Source: a virus
Lineage: Duplodnaviria; Caudoviricetes
Virus record (IMG/VR): IMGVR_UViG_3300044580_000538
Location: 1-37,370 of that record
Strand: one strand, 5' to 3'
Length of the DNA: 37,370 bases
Shown here: positions 16,113 through 25,081 of the stretch, in pieces
Layout: every line of letters starts with the position of its first letter
Position numbering within the stretch: position 1 is the first letter of the stretch
Position numbers and translations under genes: made by a program
Notes under the pieces: model-generated
Databases searched by the model: none
Seen by the model: only the letters and a program-made list of their open reading frames with translations
What the model was told of the DNA's origin: nothing

Positions 16113-17903
16113 ATGGCCCGGTACATCGTGGACATTGAGTGCAACGGGCTTGTGCCGGGCAAGGTCGTAAAGCTCCACTGCTGTCATCTCAAAGATATTG
16201 ACACAGGGGAGGTCCTTCGGTTCCGACACAACGAGCACGAGAACACCATCGAGGAGGGGGTCCGCCTCCTCCAGACCGCCGACCTGATCATCGGCCACAA
16301 CATCATCAAGTTCGACATCCCCATCCTCCAGCAGTTCTACCCTTGGTTCAAACCCCAGGGGGCGATCTTCGATACATTGGTTGGTACGCGGCTCGTTTAC
16401 ACGGACCTTAAAGATCGAGACTTTGCGTTGGCGCGGAAGACCAACTTCCCGAAGCACCTGATCGGGCGCCACTCCCTCGAGGCGTGGGGGATGCGCCTCA
16501 TGAATTACAAGGGTGATTACGACGCCGGGTGGGAAGAGTGGAACCAGGAGATGGACGATTACTGCGCTCAGGATCTTGAGGTCACTCACACGCTATACAC
16601 CAACCTCCTATCGTCGGGCTTCAGCGATGAGTCTTTCGAGCTGGAGATGGGTGTGGCCCGCATCATGTGGCGCCAGGAGTGTTATGGCTTCCTCTTTAAT
16701 CAAGAGGCCGCTGCAGAGCTGTATGCAAAGCTGGTGGCCCGCCGGGAAGAGCTGAACCGGGAGCTTCAGGCGGCTTTCCCGCCGTGGGAGGTTCGCACCA
16801 GCTTTGTCCCCAAGGTCAATAACAAGCGGCGCGGTTACCAGAAAGGCGTGCCCACGGAGAAGGTCAAGGTGATTGAGTTCAACCCCAGCTCTAGGCAGCA
16901 CATCGCCAAGTGCCTCATCGACAAATATGGCTGGGTCCCCAAGGCGTTTGGCGACGACGGGCAGGCCACGGTAGACGAGTCCATCCTCGACGCCCTGCCC
17001 TACCCCGAGGCTAAGGTTATCTCTGAGTACCTCACCATTGAGAAGAGGATCGGGCAGCTTGCCGAAGGAAGGCAAGCGTGGCTCAAGCTGGTAGGCGCCG
17101 ACGGTCGTATTCACGGGAGCGTGATCACCAACGGCGCAGTTACAGGCAGGGCGACCCACCTTAACCCAAACGTAGCGCAGGTCCCCGCAGTGCGCTCCCC
17201 ATACGGGGCCGAGTGCCGGGCGCTCTTCCACGTCCCCAAGGGTAAGAAGCTCGTCGGGGCTGACGCCTCGGGGCTGGAGCTGCGGTGCCTTGCTCACTAC
17301 ATGGCGAGGTATGACGGTGGAGACTATGCTGCCAAGCTGCTCCAGGGCGACATACACACAGAGAACCAGAAGGCAGCTGGTTTGGCAACAAGAGACGAGG
17401 CGAAGACCTTTATCTACGCCTTCCTCTACGGAGCCGGCACTGCCAAGATCGGCTCCTTCTTCGGTGGCGGACCCGAGCTGGGTAAGAAGATCAAACTTCG
17501 CTTCTTAAAACAGGTGCCAGCACTGAAGCTGCTGCTCAGGGCTATAGAAACCAAACTCAATAAGAGGGCGGCTCTCGTCGGGCTTGACGGGCGCCTTCTC
17601 CGCGTCAGGTCGGCCCACGCTGCCCTCAATGTTCTTCTACAGGGCGCCGGGGCCATCTTAATGAAGAAGGCCATTGTCATCTTTGATCGTCTGGCCGCAG
17701 ACCAAGGCCTTATACCGGGCCTCCATTATGAGCATGTGGCGTGGGTCCACGACGAGATTCAGATCGAGGCCGATGAGGACAAGGCGGACCTCGTGGGTAA
17801 GCTGCTGGTGGAGGCCATGGAAGAGGCAGGAAGGAGCTTTCGTTTCCGGTGCCCTATAACAGGAGAGTACAAGGTTGGCCGAAATTGGGCCGAGACCCAC
17901 TGA
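16113..17903 (+). CDS. DNA polymerase, family A (T7 gp5-like)
   Basis: Exonuclease motifs DIE, GHNIIKFD, YCAQD; polymerase motifs GADASGLELR, RDEAKTFIYAFLYGAG, WVHDEIQ, NWAETH. Confidence 0.97.
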   Translation: MARYIVDIECNGLVPGKVVKLHCCHLKDIDTGEVLRFRHNEHENTIEEGVRLLQTADLIIGHNIIKFDIPILQQFYPWFKPQGAIFDTLVGTRLVYTDLKDRDFALARKTNFPKHLIGRHSLEAWGMRLMNYKGDYDAGWEEWNQEMDDYCAQDLEVTHTLYTNLLSSGFSDESFELEMGVARIMWRQECYGFLFNQEAAAELYAKLVARREELNRELQAAFPPWEVRTSFVPKVNNKRRGYQKGVPTEKVKVIEFNPSSRQHIAKCLIDKYGWVPKAFGDDGQATVDESILDALPYPEAKVISEYLTIEKRIGQLAEGRQAWLKLVGADGRIHGSVITNGAVTGRATHLNPNVAQVPAVRSPYGAECRALFHVPKGKKLVGADASGLELRCLAHYMARYDGGDYAAKLLQGDIHTENQKAAGLATRDEAKTFIYAFLYGAGTAKIGSFFGGGPELGKKIKLRFLKQVPALKLLLRAIETKLNKRAALVGLDGRLLRVRSAHAALNVLLQGAGAILMKKAIVIFDRLAADQGLIPGLHYEHVAWVHDEIQIEADEDKADLVGKLLVEAMEEAGRSFRFRCPITGEYKVGRNWAETH

Positions 17904-18390
17904 GACCACCGCGCATCTAACACCACACACAGTCCAATGCGCTAAGTGCAAAAAACACAAACCCAAAGCGGCGTTCGGCCTAGACGCCAGAAAGAAAGAA
18001 GGGCTACGCAGCTGGTGTAAGGCCTGCTGCAGAAAGATGAATCAAGAGTGGCGGCAGAAAAACCCGTTTCGGTACGTTGCCGCCTCAACGCGAGCTTCAG
18101 CTAAGAAACGCGGGCTGGAGTACGCGCTCACCCCTGAGTACCTAGAGACCATTTACCGCGAGCTCTGTCCAGTCCTCGGCATCCCGCTGTACTGGGATCA
18201 GCTGGGAAGCTCAGGGAAAAGGACGGACAACACCCCATCACTGGATCGGATCGATAACGCCAAGGGCTACCTCCCGGGGAATGTCGTCTTCATCTCGTGG
18301 CGGGCCAACAACCTAAAGAGCAACGGCTCTCTCGATGATTTTCAGAGGATCGTCAAATTCATGGAGGACCATCAAAATGAATGTAAATAG
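17875..18390 (+). CDS. HNH-type (homing) endonuclease with N-terminal Zn finger
   Basis: CAKC...WCKAC, CPVLG, PSLDRIDNAKGYLPGNVVFISWRANNLK. Start uncertain (TTG 17875 with AGGAG upstream, inside the pol gene). Confidence 0.8.
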   Translation: MAEIGPRPTETTAHLTPHTVQCAKCKKHKPKAAFGLDARKKEGLRSWCKACCRKMNQEWRQKNPFRYVAASTRASAKKRGLEYALTPEYLETIYRELCPVLGIPLYWDQLGSSGKRTDNTPSLDRIDNAKGYLPGNVVFISWRANNLKSNGSLDDFQRIVKFMEDHQNECK

Positions 18391-18565
18391 GACACCACCT
18401 GATCAAGTCATGTTCTCTGAGAGGTGCCCGACATGCGGCTCTACCGTTAAGATATTCATCACCGGCGACCCTGAGTTCCAGCGGTGCTGGGAGTGTCGCT
18501 CCTTGGCTGCTTATCGAGCGCTTCGCGAGAGGCTTGGCCATGTCGCTGGCCGTCTCAGCGAGTGA
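18377..18565 (+). CDS. Small Zn-ribbon protein
   Basis: GGAGG RBS; CPTC...CWEC. Confidence 0.6.
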   Translation: MNVNRTPPDQVMFSERCPTCGSTVKIFITGDPEFQRCWECRSLAAYRALRERLGHVAGRLSE

Positions 18566-18971
18566 TCTGTATCAATGGTTCGAGCGGCACGGCAGCGCCT
18601 GCGCTAAGCGGACGGCAATGGCTGTGCTGCTCGATGTTCGAGGTAAGGCACACTTCGGCTTCAATGGTTGTGCCTCCCCTCAACCGTCTTGTCCCAGGGG
18701 ACACGCCACCGTCGGTGTTGGACGCGATCTCTGCAAGGAGATCTGCAAGCAGGGCCCACACGCAGAGGTGGCCGCTGTTCACGCCGCAGGCCCCGACGCT
18801 CGCGGCGGTGTCCTCTACCTCTATGGCCACACCCACATTTGCCAGAGCTGTATCCGCACCCTGGTGCTTGCCGGGGTCGTGGCCTACCTCTGCCTAATGA
18901 GAAAGGAGAACGAATGGCAGCCCGTCACTCCCGCGTACCAGCCTGTGCCAAAAGTCTTCCCGACCTCTTAG
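18540..18971 (+). CDS. dCMP/cytidine deaminase-like protein
   Basis: CAKR, GFNG, CPR, HAE and CQSC Zn-deaminase motifs. Confidence 0.8.
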   Translation: MSLAVSASDLYQWFERHGSACAKRTAMAVLLDVRGKAHFGFNGCASPQPSCPRGHATVGVGRDLCKEICKQGPHAEVAAVHAAGPDARGGVLYLYGHTHICQSCIRTLVLAGVVAYLCLMRKENEWQPVTPAYQPVPKVFPTS

Positions 18972-19186
18972 CCTATAACGGCTATGGTCCGGCCAAGCGC
19001 TACCCGTGGGAAACCCCTGAGCAGTACAGGAGCAGGCGGCGAGCGCAGAACAAGATGCGTGACGAATACCTTAAAGGCAGGTGTGTGCACGCTTCCTCAG
19101 CGCTCGCCATGGCGACCGACGAGACCGGCAAGCCGCTCGGCCTCGGCAAGGTCATTCTCTACGGCGCCTATAGAAAGGACACTTAA
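18914..19186 (+). CDS. Hypothetical protein
   Basis: AAGGAG RBS, ATG 18914; stop overlaps the next ATG. Confidence 0.6.
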   Translation: MAARHSRVPACAKSLPDLLAYNGYGPAKRYPWETPEQYRSRRRAQNKMRDEYLKGRCVHASSALAMATDETGKPLGLGKVILYGAYRKDT

Positions 19187-19557
19187 TGCGTCGATATGTG
19201 TTCATCCCGCTTCTCTTCGTGATCCTCCTCCTCATCATCGGCTCACAGGTTTTCAATGCCACGCCGGTCTCTGCTGCTGACTACACCGTGCGGGCCGCCT
19301 GGGTCGCCAACACCGAGGAAGACCTCGCCGGCTATCGGCTCTATCAGGGGGACACCCTTGTGGCGACGATCCCTGCGGGGACAGTCGAGTGGACCGGGAC
19401 GGTGTCAGTGACCGAGAGCACGAGGTGCTTCGCGCTCACCGCCGTGGACGCGTCAGGTAACGAATCTGGTAGGTCTCTCCCGGCATGTCTGGACATTCCA
19501 CCGGGAGCACCGACCGGCTTTGTGATTTCCATCATCATTACCATCATCACCAAGTAG
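19186..19557 (+). CDS. Secreted fibronectin type III-like protein
   Basis: Signal peptide/TM (MRRYVFIPLLFVILLLII...VSA) followed by W.ANTEEDLAGYRLY...FALTAVDASGNES..S. Confidence 0.75.
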   Translation: MRRYVFIPLLFVILLLIIGSQVFNATPVSAADYTVRAAWVANTEEDLAGYRLYQGDTLVATIPAGTVEWTGTVSVTESTRCFALTAVDASGNESGRSLPACLDIPPGAPTGFVISIIITIITK

Positions 19558-19565
19558 GAGGCCCC

Positions 19566-19745
19566 ATGGCTACAATGCGAATTACAATCAAGGACATCAA
19601 GGGTGGCTTCGTAGAGGTCGGTCTTGAGCCGGTCTTCACCATAGACGAGGACAAGATGACCCCGGCCCAGGCCCTCGCCTGCTTCGCCATCGATTACATC
19701 AATGAGTGCCTGCGCGATGAACCCGAGGCCGAGCACAATGTCTGA
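19566..19745 (+). CDS. Small hypothetical protein
   Basis: AGGAGG RBS, 59 aa. Confidence 0.6.
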   Translation: MATMRITIKDIKGGFVEVGLEPVFTIDEDKMTPAQALACFAIDYINECLRDEPEAEHNV

Positions 19746-20301
19746 GCCGCTCTTGCTCAGTCCCGGGGATTTCTTCTGCTCGTACAGCCCCACCTGGGTC
19801 GGGGCCCTTATCCGCATCGGGTCTCGCTCCCTCGGGGAGGAGCGCACCAAGGTAAATCACACAGGGGTGGTAGCAGCCGCCGGCACCCTAGACTCCGCAG
19901 TCATCGTAGAGGCCTTGTCTAAGGTGATGGCTCACACCGTAGCGGAGGCATACAAGGGATCAAAGACCAGGGTGGCGTTCTTCAGGTTCACCAACCTCAC
20001 CGCCGAGCAGAAGGAGGCGTGGTCTCGTAAGGCCTTCGATTATGTGGGGCGCCGCTACGGGATACTGAAGATCGTCACACACGCTATGGACTACGCCCTC
20101 AACGGTGCTTATGTCTTCAGGCGCCTTACCCACTCCGACCGCTATCCGATCTGCTCGTGGGTCACGGCCTATGTGGCTGCGGCTGTTGGTAAGAGCTTCG
20201 GGAAGGACCCGGGAGCGGTGCAGCCTGATGACATCTGGGACTATGCCCTGGCGAACCCAGAGGAGATCCAGCTTTTGCGGCCCCTGATCACCATCCCGTA
20301 A
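19738..20301 (+). CDS. Permuted papain-like (NlpC/P60, YiiX-type) amidase-like protein
   Basis: PGD...NHTGVV...IVEA...G..Y...ICSW...PDDI: His before Cys, the permuted order. Confidence 0.72.
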   Translation: MSEPLLLSPGDFFCSYSPTWVGALIRIGSRSLGEERTKVNHTGVVAAAGTLDSAVIVEALSKVMAHTVAEAYKGSKTRVAFFRFTNLTAEQKEAWSRKAFDYVGRRYGILKIVTHAMDYALNGAYVFRRLTHSDRYPICSWVTAYVAAAVGKSFGKDPGAVQPDDIWDYALANPEEIQLLRPLITIP

Positions 20302-20317
20302 GGAAGGAGAGAACAGC

Positions 20318-21085
20318 ATGAGCCACCGCACCATCCTGATCGACGGGGACATTATCGTCTATCAGCAAGCCGTAATCCACCAGGCAGACGTCGAATGGAG
20401 CGAGGGCGTTACCTCCACGCTCACCTTTGAGGGTCAGGCACAGAGAGCAGCCCTAGATCAGGTGGAGCGGTACATCGAGCTTCTCAAGGCCGACGCAGCG
20501 CTTGTGTGTCTGTCCGACGCCAAGCGAAACTGGCGAAAGAAGGTCTTCCCTGAGTATAAGGCCAACCGCAAGAACGTAGCCCGGCCCCTCCTCTACGATA
20601 GGATGCGGGAGACCCTCGCTGATCGATTTGAAGTCGCACAGCTGCCCTGGCTTGAGGCCGATGACTTAATGGGCCTCATGTCAACTGACCGTTCCCTCGT
20701 GAGAGGGGAGGCCATCATTGTGTCCATCGACAAGGACATGAGGACGATCCCGGGGAAGCTATTCAACCCCCGCAAGGCCGACCTTGGGGTGCAGCAGATC
20801 TCCGAGGAGGAGGCCGACTTCACCTTCTATATGCAGGTCCTCACCGGAGACCCAACTGACGGGTATTACGGCGTCAAAGGCATAGGCCCCAAGAAAGCCG
20901 AGAAGATCCTTCGCGAGGCAGATGCGACCCACCAAGGCTTCTGGAGGGCAATCGTCCAAGCGTATGAGGCAGCCGGGATGACTGAGGGGGAGGCCCTCGT
21001 CATGGCCCGGGTGGCCCGCATCATTCGTAAAGGCGAATACAACATGGACACTAAGACAGTTACCTTATGGAAACCCAAGAAATAA
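20318..21085 (+). CDS. 5'-3' exonuclease (T7 gp6-like)
   Basis: LIDGDI, YKANR, LEADD, SIDKD, GDPTDGY.GVKGIG. Confidence 0.95.
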   Translation: MSHRTILIDGDIIVYQQAVIHQADVEWSEGVTSTLTFEGQAQRAALDQVERYIELLKADAALVCLSDAKRNWRKKVFPEYKANRKNVARPLLYDRMRETLADRFEVAQLPWLEADDLMGLMSTDRSLVRGEAIIVSIDKDMRTIPGKLFNPRKADLGVQQISEEEADFTFYMQVLTGDPTDGYYGVKGIGPKKAEKILREADATHQGFWRAIVQAYEAAGMTEGEALVMARVARIIRKGEYNMDTKTVTLWKPKK

Positions 21086-21106
21086 ACCCCTTTCTGTATT
21101 GCTATA

Positions 21107-21132
21107 GCCCCCTGAAATAGGGGGCGTTTTTT
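21107..21132 (+). terminator. Intrinsic terminator closing the replication operon
   Basis: GCCCCCT-GAAAT-AGGGGGC followed by G and T6. Confidence 0.85.
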
Positions 21133-21152
21133 CTCAACCTCTTAGGCGGGCG

Positions 21153-21175
21153 GTTAAGTACACATTATTGGGAGA
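21153..21175 (+). promoter_or_regulatory. Phage RNAP late promoter
   Basis: GTTAAGTACACATTATTGGGAGA; last 20 bp identical to the copy at 4039; heads the structural operon. Confidence 0.85.
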
Positions 21176-21204
21176 GCAACCAGAATGACAATAATGGAGG
21201 CACT

Positions 21205-21597
21205 ATGGGCTTTGGAAGATACATAAAGAAGGTCAGTAAGGCCATCAAGCGCACCGTTAAGAAGGCGGGCGAAGCGGTAGAAGGGCTTGGCAAGGGCATA
21301 GAGCGAATAGGGAAGAAGTACGATGACGAGCTGTATCTGATTGGTGGGGGCCTGGTAGGCTGGGGTGCTCATAGGCTGGCTGAGTCCAACCCGTTTGACT
21401 TCAACCAGGACCTGCCCGACATCGAACTCCCTGAATATCCAGAGGAACCCCCGGCACCCCCCATGTCAGCGTCCGAGAAACCCGCTGAGATCTTGATCGG
21501 CAGGAGGAAGAAGAAGAGAGCGGCAGCCGCAGCCGTCAAGCGCACGACTGCCAGCCCGGTGGTAACCTCCAATGTGGGGGTGAATGTGCCCCTATGA
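21205..21597 (+). CDS. Putative virion assembly protein (gp6.7/7.3 position)
   Basis: GGAGG RBS; Pro-rich linker, basic patch, C-terminal GVNVP; directly before the portal. Confidence 0.65.
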   Translation: MGFGRYIKKVSKAIKRTVKKAGEAVEGLGKGIERIGKKYDDELYLIGGGLVGWGAHRLAESNPFDFNQDLPDIELPEYPEEPPAPPMSASEKPAEILIGRRKKKRAAAAAVKRTTASPVVTSNVGVNVPL

Positions 21598-23117
21598 CAA
21601 CTGTAAAGGCGCGTTATGAAAAACTGGCAGCGTACCGTGAGCCTTACCTCAGGAGAGCGCAGACGTGTGCGTCCCTGACGTTGCCCTATCTGTACCCACC
21701 GACCGGCGCCACCGGCAGCACGAACCTGCCGACGCCCTATCAGAGCGTAGGGGCCGAGGGCGTGAATAATCTGTCCAGTAAGATGATCCTGGCTCTCCTC
21801 CCCCCGAACAGCCCGTTCTTCAGGCTCGCCCCCGCGAGTAAGATACAGATGCCAGAAGAGGCACTGTCTGCCGTTGAAGAGGCGCTGAGCAAGCTCGAGC
21901 GTGAGGTGATGGACGAGACCGAGCGCCTCATCTTTCGACCCGCCCTGAACGAGGCTGCAAAGCACCTTGTGGTGGCAGGAAACGTCTTGCTCAATCTTCG
22001 GGATGAGGGCCTCAAGGTCTACCATCTGGACCGCTATGTGGTTCGGAGAGATGCCCTGGGCACCCCTCTTGAGATCCTTGTGATGGAGTCAGTGGCTCCC
22101 TCTACCTTAACCCCAGAGGTTCTGGCTTTCTGTCGCATCGACTCGGCCACCATCGAAAAGGACGAGGACATCAACCTCTATACCCACGCGCAGCGGCGGG
22201 GGCCGGATGGTGATTGGTATGTCGAGCAGGAGCTTAATGGCTACGCCGTGCCTGAGAGCGAGGGTGTCTACCCTGCCGACGCTTGCCCGTGGCTGGCCCT
22301 CAGATGGGCTAAGATTGATGGGGAGGACTATGGGCGCGGTTATGTTGAGGAGTACCTTGGAGACCTGATTTCCTGCGAAGAGCTGTCAAAGGCGATTGTG
22401 CAGGGGGCGGCGGCAGCAGCCAAGGTGGTCTTCTTGGTAGAACCGAGTGGCATGACCAACGTCAAGACCATTACCAAAGCTGAGAATTTAGACGTGGTCG
22501 CCGGGAGGGCGTCAGATGTGAGCGTCCTCCAGATGCAGAAGTTCGCTGACTTCCAGGTTGCCTTAACAGAGCTGGAGCGCCTTGAGGGGCGTCTTCGCCG
22601 TGTCTTCCTGCTTAACAGCTCAATCCAGAGGAAGGGCGAGCGGGTCACCGCTGAGGAGATTCGCTACATGGCGGGCGAGCTGGAGGATGCCCTTGGTGGG
22701 ATCTACTCCCTGCTTACACAGGAGCTACAGCTGCCCCTCGTCCAGTGTCTGATGGCCCAGATGCGGAAGCAGAAGCGGCTCCCGAGCCTGCCGAAGAACA
22801 GCGTCAAGCTCACAATCATCGCTGGCCTCGAGGCCCTCGGGCGCAATCACGACCTTGAGAAGCTCCGGGTGTTCTTAGAGTACCTGTCCCCGCTTGGCCC
22901 AGAGGTGATTGCCCGGTATGTCAGCGTGGATGAGTATGTGACCAGGATCGCAACAGCCATTGGCATCACGGCCAAGGGGTTGGTGCGCAGCTCAGAAGAA
23001 ATCGCTCAGGAAGAGAAGCAAAGCACCATGCTGGGGCTTGCAACACAGATGGCCCCCGAAATGGTGAAGGTCATGGCAGCGCAGGGCGCCAGTAGCCCTG
23101 ATCAAAACCAAGAATAA
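21594..23117 (+). CDS. Portal / head-tail connector (T7 gp8-like)
   Basis: PYQSVGAEGVNNLSSK, GEDYGRGYVEEYLGDL, ERVTAEEIRY, LGGIYS, GLEALGR. Confidence 0.97.
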   Translation: MTTVKARYEKLAAYREPYLRRAQTCASLTLPYLYPPTGATGSTNLPTPYQSVGAEGVNNLSSKMILALLPPNSPFFRLAPASKIQMPEEALSAVEEALSKLEREVMDETERLIFRPALNEAAKHLVVAGNVLLNLRDEGLKVYHLDRYVVRRDALGTPLEILVMESVAPSTLTPEVLAFCRIDSATIEKDEDINLYTHAQRRGPDGDWYVEQELNGYAVPESEGVYPADACPWLALRWAKIDGEDYGRGYVEEYLGDLISCEELSKAIVQGAAAAAKVVFLVEPSGMTNVKTITKAENLDVVAGRASDVSVLQMQKFADFQVALTELERLEGRLRRVFLLNSSIQRKGERVTAEEIRYMAGELEDALGGIYSLLTQELQLPLVQCLMAQMRKQKRLPSLPKNSVKLTIIAGLEALGRNHDLEKLRVFLEYLSPLGPEVIARYVSVDEYVTRIATAIGITAKGLVRSSEEIAQEEKQSTMLGLATQMAPEMVKVMAAQGASSPDQNQE

Positions 23118-23130
23118 ATAAGGAGTGTTT

Positions 23131-23913
23131 ATGTCGGTTACCAGAATTACCCCCAAGGCCGAGGATAACCCCCTCGATAACCTTGAAACAGAGCTGGAAA
23201 AGCAGAACCAGCCCGAGGGCAGCACCCCGTCTGACCCTTCAGCAGCCGGCTCCGAGGCTAGGCCCGCGTGGCTCCCTGAGAAGTTCAAGTCCCCAGAGGA
23301 TTTGGCAAAGGCTTACAGCGAGCTGGAGAAGCAGTTCACTAAACAGCGTCAGGAAAGTAAAACAACGGAACAACAGACTGATCCCACTAAAACCGACCCC
23401 GCCTCCGCAGCAACTAAGGGCCTTGATTGGGAGATCCCTGCCACAGAATTTGAAGAGAAGGGCACCATCTCCGACGAGACCTTCAAGAGGTTCGAGGCCG
23501 CCGGCATCCCTCGGGATGTGGTGAGCAGGTACGCTCAGACCCGCAAGGCTGAGGTAGACGCCGAGAACACCAAGCTCTTCGAGAGGGCCGGTGGAGAAGA
23601 CGTTTACGAGGTCATGTGTGATTGGGCGAATAACAATCTTCCCAAGGAAGACCTGGCAGCATTTCAGAAGATCATACAGGAAGGCGAGATAACACAGGCC
23701 CTCCTCGCGGTGGATGCCCTAAAGGCCCGCTATGTCGCTGCCAATGGGAAGCCCCCGAAGCTGATTAGTGGCAACAGCTCCAACCGAAACACTACGGTCG
23801 GCTATGCCTCGCGGGCTGAGATGGTCCGTGACATGCAAGACGCACGCTACGCGAAAGACCCTGCGTTCCGTAAGCAGGTTGAGCAGAGGATCGCACTATC
23901 AGCGATCCTGTAG
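23131..23913 (+). CDS. Capsid scaffolding protein (T7 gp9-like)
   Basis: RPAWLPEKFKSPEDLAKAYSELEK, AGGE..Y..M..WA, MQDARY.KDPAFR; AAGGAG RBS. Confidence 0.92.
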   Translation: MSVTRITPKAEDNPLDNLETELEKQNQPEGSTPSDPSAAGSEARPAWLPEKFKSPEDLAKAYSELEKQFTKQRQESKTTEQQTDPTKTDPASAATKGLDWEIPATEFEEKGTISDETFKRFEAAGIPRDVVSRYAQTRKAEVDAENTKLFERAGGEDVYEVMCDWANNNLPKEDLAAFQKIIQEGEITQALLAVDALKARYVAANGKPPKLISGNSSNRNTTVGYASRAEMVRDMQDARYAKDPAFRKQVEQRIALSAIL

Positions 23914-24038
23914 TAACGCTCCTCGTTACCAAATAGGCACAGATCCTTTGCCCCTCCTGCGGGAGGGAGAACGCTGTGTGACGGCCTTGAAGGTTTAGAG
24001 AGCACTTAACAAAATCTAAACTGTGAGAGGTAAATAAA

Positions 24039-24995
24039 ATGGCAGCACCCAACATGACTCCTTCTAGGCTTGGGCAGGTAAACGCCAGCGGCGACGTTGA
24101 TGCCCTGTTCCTTAAGGTATTCGCTGGTGAGGTTCTCACCGCGTTCGAGACGAAGTCCGTTACGCTGGACCGACAGCTCGTGCGTACCATTACTAGCGGT
24201 AAGTCCGCGACCTTCCCGACTTCGTGGAAGGCGTCGGCGGCGTTCCACACGCCCGGCAACATGATCGTCGGCAATGCTATTAAGCATAACGAGCGGGCCA
24301 TCACCATCGATGGTCTGCTGGTTGCCGACACGTTTATCTCCAGCATCGACGAGGCCATGAACCACTATGATGTACGGTCTGTCTACAGCGGCGAGCTTGG
24401 TAAGGCGCTGGCCGTCACGCTGGACCAGTTCACTTTCCGTGAGCTGCAGATCGGCGCGAATGTGACCACACCCACACACGGCACCGGCGCGGGCTATGCG
24501 GGCACCGTCCTGACTGAGGACGCCGACGTTGCGGGCAAGAAGATCCAGACCGACGCCGACGACCTCGCCTCCTACATAATGGACGGAGCGAGTACGCTGG
24601 ACACCCACGATGTCCCCGATGAGGACAGATATTGTATCCTCAACCCGATGCTGTATTGGCTCCTGATCAAGTCCGACTTTGCAGTGAACAGAGACTATTC
24701 GGACGGCGGCTCCGTGAGGACCGGCAAGATCTGGGAAATCGCGGGCGTGGAGATCGTGAAGTCCAACAACATCCCCACCGAGAACCTTTCCAGCGAAGCT
24801 CAGCACGCGGTCAACATGACCAAGGCCCTCGGGTACATCTACCACAAGAGCGCTGTTGGCACCGTTAAGCTGATGGATGTGGCGCTTGAAGCCGACTATC
24901 TCATCACTTACCAGGGCACGCTCATGGTGGGTAAGGTGGCCGCTGGGCACGGGTATCTCCGGCCTGAGGCTATCGTTGCCCTTGCCGCAGAGTAA
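24039..24995 (+). CDS. Major capsid protein (T7 gp10A-like)
   Basis: ALFLKVFAGEVLTAF, RTITSGKSATFP, ITIDGLL, HYDVRS.YS, GHGYLRPEA. Confidence 0.97.
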   Translation: MAAPNMTPSRLGQVNASGDVDALFLKVFAGEVLTAFETKSVTLDRQLVRTITSGKSATFPTSWKASAAFHTPGNMIVGNAIKHNERAITIDGLLVADTFISSIDEAMNHYDVRSVYSGELGKALAVTLDQFTFRELQIGANVTTPTHGTGAGYAGTVLTEDADVAGKKIQTDADDLASYIMDGASTLDTHDVPDEDRYCILNPMLYWLLIKSDFAVNRDYSDGGSVRTGKIWEIAGVEIVKSNNIPTENLSSEAQHAVNMTKALGYIYHKSAVGTVKLMDVALEADYLITYQGTLMVGKVAAGHGYLRPEAIVALAAE

Positions 24996-25014
24996 GCCTT
25001 AAAGCAGTTCCCAC

Positions 25015-25056
25015 AGCGGGAGCCTATGAGTCTAGCACTTGTAGGCTCCCGCTTTT
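25015..25056 (+). terminator. T-phi-like terminator after the capsid gene
   Basis: AGCGGGAGCCTATGAG / CTTGTAGGCTCCCGCT long stem with a short T-run. Confidence 0.8.
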
Positions 25057-25081
25057 CGCTATTAAAGCCAAAGAGGACAGA

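Noticed and set aside
24960-25010. T7 10A/10B-type capsid frameshift extension
   Set aside because: No slippery sequence before the stop, and a terminator follows immediately.
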